From Bacilli bacterium (GTDB lineage Bacteria; Bacillota_I; Bacilli_A; RFN20; CAG-826), in contig JAGAYY010000025.1 of NCBI GenBank assembly GCA_017940265.1, forward strand, positions 182,177 through 206,176: 24,000 bases of DNA, given 5' to 3'. Within the stretch, counting starts at the first letter, position 1, and every line of letters begins with the position of its first letter. Positions 21,329-24,000 of the stretch are shown here, in pieces. The notes beneath the pieces are model-generated. The model was not told the DNA's origin. It did not search any database and saw nothing but the letters and a program-made list of their open reading frames with translations. Made by a program: the position numbers and the translations under genes.

Positions 21329-21865
21329 CTATAATTGTGTGGAGTGTTCTTTTATCCATCCCAGAATTTTTGCTATAATAATAAATTCAGCCTCATCCTT
21401 CTCAACCTCGGCATAGTCTATCTTCCATCTATCTAGAAAATCTTTAAATCTTTTATCAACTTGAATAGCCTCTTCTTCAGTTTGTTCTCTACCCTTAACG
21501 TTATAAGAAGTGCTACGTCTTAGATAAAAATTCATATTATTGAAAGCTTTGAATTGATCCACTACGAAGTCAGCAAATTTCTGATTTTCTGTTTTATCAT
21601 AGACTGCTGGATTAAGAAGACTAGAGTCACAGATAATAACCTGAACTTTTCCTACTAATCGATTTATTCTGTGAAGTTGTTTTCCGAATACATAAATAGA
21701 ATCATCCATAACCTTCCATGATTCTTCCCATACTTTTTCTTTAACATATTCTGGGGCCATCTCAACTTCTACTCCTAGAACCTTAAGGCGAGCAAAGAGC
21801 TGTGCCATCAATGTAGATTTACCAACTCCAGGTCCTGCCATTAGATTAACTATTAACGTATCCAT
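21329..21865 (-). CDS. P-loop NTPase, nucleoside/nucleotide-kinase-like (AAA_28/NadR-like)
   Basis: Walker A MAGPGVGKSTL, then APEYVKE (compare the NadR EYGRE motif), and IICDSS as a Walker B-like strand. Confidence 0.6.
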   Translation of the reverse strand: MDTLIVNLMAGPGVGKSTLMAQLFARLKVLGVEVEMAPEYVKEKVWEESWKVMDDSIYVFGKQLHRINRLVGKVQVIICDSSLLNPAVYDKTENQKFADFVVDQFKAFNNMNFYLRRSTSYNVKGREQTEEEAIQVDKRFKDFLDRWKIDYAEVEKDEAEFIIIAKILGWIKEHSTQL

Positions 21866-22362
21866 TCTTCTAATTTGTTAACTAAATTATTTGTATCTTC
21901 CAAACACCTGAGATTATCTTCTATATTAGACATCACTTTATGTTCACTTCTATTCAGATAATCCTCATATTTATCTAAGTTAATAATCTCAAGTTGTTTT
22001 TTTATCCTCGGTAGAGCTTTCTTAGCATCTTCCTCTGTTAAGAATTTATTGAAGTGATAGTTATATAGGTTTAAGGTATCTGAAGAATCGTGCCTAACCT
22101 GAAAACTATGATTTCGGCACCTATAATCTTCGTTATTCGTATCTATCTCTTCGAAAGAACACCTAAAATATTTTCCTTTGCTATACTCAAGCCACTTAAC
22201 CGTATATTCCTTAATCTGACCAGTCGGAAAATAGAATTCGATGGAGCTTCTACCGTCTTGATGAATATAAAAAGGATTTTTAGGTCTGTAAACATCACAC
22301 TCTACTACCCAAACCTTCTGACCATTTTCCCAAGGATGCTCTAAGATTTCATCTTTTGTCAT
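21853..22362 (-). CDS. hypothetical protein (distant member of the tandem paralogue family)
   Basis: GQKVWVVECDV... and FLTEEDAKKALPRIKKQLE resemble the two upstream small proteins. Confidence 0.7.
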   Translation of the reverse strand: MTKDEILEHPWENGQKVWVVECDVYRPKNPFYIHQDGRSSIEFYFPTGQIKEYTVKWLEYSKGKYFRCSFEEIDTNNEDYRCRNHSFQVRHDSSDTLNLYNYHFNKFLTEEDAKKALPRIKKQLEIINLDKYEDYLNRSEHKVMSNIEDNLRCLEDTNNLVNKLEEWIR

Positions 22363-22649
22363 AGGATTAATCGTTTCTTAAATTTCTGATACATAGACTC
22401 TGCTCTATCCATAGCTCGATAAATAGTAGAGTTCCAAACCTCGATAGCCTCTTCTTTAGTAGAGTAAAGATTTTTAGAATCCCCTGGAGATATATACCTA
22501 GTTCCGAGTTTTTCGAATTTGGCCATATATCCACCACCAGAACCTACTTCTTCGATAACTACCTCTTGTGGTTCTACTGCTCTTCTTAGTCGATCTCCTC
22601 TGTAAGTAAGTTCGGCAAGAGCATACCACATGATATCTCCTTCTTTCAT
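22359..22649 (-). CDS. hypothetical protein (tandem paralogue A)
   Basis: ATGA overlaps on both sides. Shares G..(M/V)W...E(L/F)..G and LYSTKEEAI...IYRAMDRAESMYQK with 22646..22975. Confidence 0.7.
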   Translation of the reverse strand: MKEGDIMWYALAELTYRGDRLRRAVEPQEVVIEEVGSGGGYMAKFEKLGTRYISPGDSKNLYSTKEEAIEVWNSTIYRAMDRAESMYQKFKKRLIL

Positions 22650-22975
22650 ATCATCTTTGATTTAACATACCTAACTGCCTTCTGATACTCTGAATCAAGT
22701 TTATCTAATGTGCGATAAACCATAGATCTATAATGTTGGATTGCATCCTCCTCGGTGTAGTGTAATTCGGCAGGTACACAACAACCATCAGAAGTATAGA
22801 TATAGTTAGAGGTCGGAGTTGGAGTAGTTTTAACCTCAACAATCTTTGGTTTAACTATTCTCATTGCCTTTTGACCTGTTCTTGAGAATTCTATACATGA
22901 TCTCCAAACTTCCTGTCCTTTCTGAAGTTGTCTAGCCTCTTCGTATGTCATCCTTCCAGCATATGTTTTGACCAA
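22646..22975 (-). CDS. hypothetical protein (tandem paralogue B)
   Basis: LHYTEEDAIQHYRSMVYRTLDKLDSEYQK aligns with paralogue A. Confidence 0.7.
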   Translation of the reverse strand: MVKTYAGRMTYEEARQLQKGQEVWRSCIEFSRTGQKAMRIVKPKIVEVKTTPTPTSNYIYTSDGCCVPAELHYTEEDAIQHYRSMVYRTLDKLDSEYQKAVRYVKSKMI

Positions 22976-23592
22976 GTTCTGAAAGATAGTCCATAGGTTT
23001 TCTTCTTGGCTTCGGCGATTATTGTTTCGAGAGGTATCAGAAAACTACCCTCCCTTTTAGCCACCTCAGAATCAAAACCAATATCCATACGTAGATCAAT
23101 CTTCGAGGAATTATTAAGTGAATCTATATTTCCATGACAATGACCATGTATGTTGAGAGAACCATGATATTTATGATTCCATTCTAAGATAGGATAGTGT
23201 GATAGAGTAAGTTGTATTTCCTCATCTCCCATTTTTAGGTTAATATCTAGAAGATCAGCAGTCAACTTAAAATAGCGCTGTAAGATACCTCCTGAGTAAT
23301 ACAAACGTTCCTTATCATGGTTACCAATGATTTTATACGTTTGTTTAGGTAGGAGGTTACATAGCGCTTCCATTTCTGACTGCTCTGTTTTCCAAAATAA
23401 GTCTCCTAAGTCGAATAGGATATCTTCCGGCTCGAGTGTATCCTTAAGAGTTTGTAGGATATATTCATTCATTTCCGTGACATCCTTAAAAGGTCGGCCA
23501 TTATTAAATTTAAGTATATTTTCATGACCATAGTGAAGGTCTGACATAAACCAAACCCTCTCTGGATTTACAAGTTTATTCGGGAATTTCAT
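22948..23592 (-). CDS. metallophosphoesterase (COG4186-like phosphoesterase)
   Basis: VWFMSDLHYGH, LGDLF, IIGNHD, LSHYP, HGHCHG. Confidence 0.8.
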   Translation of the reverse strand: MKFPNKLVNPERVWFMSDLHYGHENILKFNNGRPFKDVTEMNEYILQTLKDTLEPEDILFDLGDLFWKTEQSEMEALCNLLPKQTYKIIGNHDKERLYYSGGILQRYFKLTADLLDINLKMGDEEIQLTLSHYPILEWNHKYHGSLNIHGHCHGNIDSLNNSSKIDLRMDIGFDSEVAKREGSFLIPLETIIAEAKKKTYGLSFRTWSKHMLEG

Positions 23593-23743
23593 CGTTTCCT
23601 TTATGTTTTTGTTTGCGTGAATAATCTTTCTTTGATTTATGCTCGATAGAAGGCCTTAATGATAAAAGCCTTCCGTATTGTTTGAGCTCATTTTCTCGTC
23701 TAACCTTTTCTGCAAATTTAGGTTTCTTTTTCTTCTTGCTCAT
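23576..23743 (-). CDS. small highly basic protein (55 aa, not in ORF track)
   Basis: My translation: MSKKKKKPKFAEKVRRENELKQYGRLLSLRPSIEHKSKKDYSRKQKHKGNDEIPE. The CCTTAT box abuts the ATG. It overlaps the start of 22948..23592 by 17 nt. Confidence 0.5.
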   Translation of the reverse strand: MSKKKKKPKFAEKVRRENELKQYGRLLSLRPSIEHKSKKDYSRKQKHKGNDEIPE

Positions 23744-23756
23744 AACATAAATAAGG
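23744..23756 (-). promoter_or_regulatory. CCTTAT-box abutting start codon
   Basis: Minus-sense CCTTATTTATGTT followed by ATG 23743. Confidence 0.5.
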
Positions 23757-23765
23757 GAGTCACAG

Positions 23766-23775
23766 CCTTATATAT
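23766..23775 (+). promoter_or_regulatory. CCTTAT-box abutting a GTG start
   Basis: CCTTATATAT followed by GTG 23776. Divergent partner of 23744-23756. Confidence 0.45.
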
Positions 23776-24000
23776 GTGAAATTATATAAAATAATTAGTA
23801 GAGATGTAGACGTATTATTAACTAGAAGACTAGATAATCCTGATCTATATGTTATTAAGATAAATGAAGAGATTCTAATAGCATATATAGGAGACCACGA
23901 AGTAATAGATATCAATGTTACTATGCAGGTTCGAAATAAACACAGAACTTTCAAAGTAATAGATGTGACCAATGCATTTTCTAAGAATCATGGAGTTAAT
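23776..24000 (+). CDS. hypothetical protein, 3' partial (not in ORF track)
   Basis: Frame open from GTG 23776 to the window end: (M)KLYKIISRDVDVLLTRRLDNPDLYVIKINEEILIAYIGDHEVIDINVTMQVRNKHRTFKVIDVTNAFSKNHGVN. The track's 23760..23972(-) ORF is its antisense shadow. Confidence 0.55.
   Translation, partial: MKLYKIISRDVDVLLTRRLDNPDLYVIKINEEILIAYIGDHEVIDINVTMQVRNKHRTFKVIDVTNAFSKNHGVN

Noticed and set aside
1-24000. tRNA, tmRNA or rRNA genes; integrase, transposase or attachment sites; reverse transcriptase, DGR or retron
   Set aside because: No GGTTCGAATCC-type T-arm or cloverleaf was found in any ORF-free gap. No recombinase or RT motifs were seen in any ORF.
1-24000. Stop-codon reassignment explaining the ORF-free gaps
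   Set aside because: About 90% of the window is covered by long standard-code ORFs on both strands. The gaps are short, contain all three stop codons in every frame I inspected, and are dominated by hairpins.

Overview
AT-rich, tightly packed, phage-like window. It holds about 45 protein genes in alternating transcription blocks, bounded by clear rho-independent terminators. No tRNA, rRNA, CRISPR array, transposase or integrase was recognised. Start codons lack AGGAGG-type Shine-Dalgarno sequences and sit behind A-rich leaders. That suggests, by inference only, a virus of an SD-poor host such as Bacteroidota.

Recognisable proteins:
- SF2 helicase (3089-5137)
- MoxR/CobS-like AAA+ ATPase (15799-16950), followed by a CobT-like vWA protein with an embedded HExxH motif (13707-15746)
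- two calcineurin-type metallophosphoesterases (12905-13660, probably exported; 22948-23592)
- a kinase-only homologue of T4 polynucleotide kinase (18114-18560)
- a second P-loop kinase-like protein (21329-21865)
- a DxDxT HAD phosphatase (20774-21226)
- a clear TerD-domain protein (20041-20688), preceded by a membrane-anchored PspA/IM30-like coiled-coil protein (19282-20034)
- a degenerate HNH-like protein (1881-2525)
- a run of very small membrane proteins (8806-9708)

Strongest non-coding signals:
1. A complete type III hammerhead ribozyme core at 9761-9813, with predicted cleavage after C9765. It lies directly behind a terminator.
2. A recurrent CCTTAT(A/T)n motif that abuts the start codons of the first gene of most transcription units. 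This fits a phage promoter that makes leaderless or near-leaderless mRNAs.
3. Three ORF-free, GC-enriched, hairpin-dense segments: 2635-2812, 7887-8515 and 12465-12735. The first sits next to two 33-bp direct repeats in a divergent control region upstream of the helicase, so it is a candidate origin or ncRNA.

All functional calls rest on motif recognition by eye. No database search was possible.
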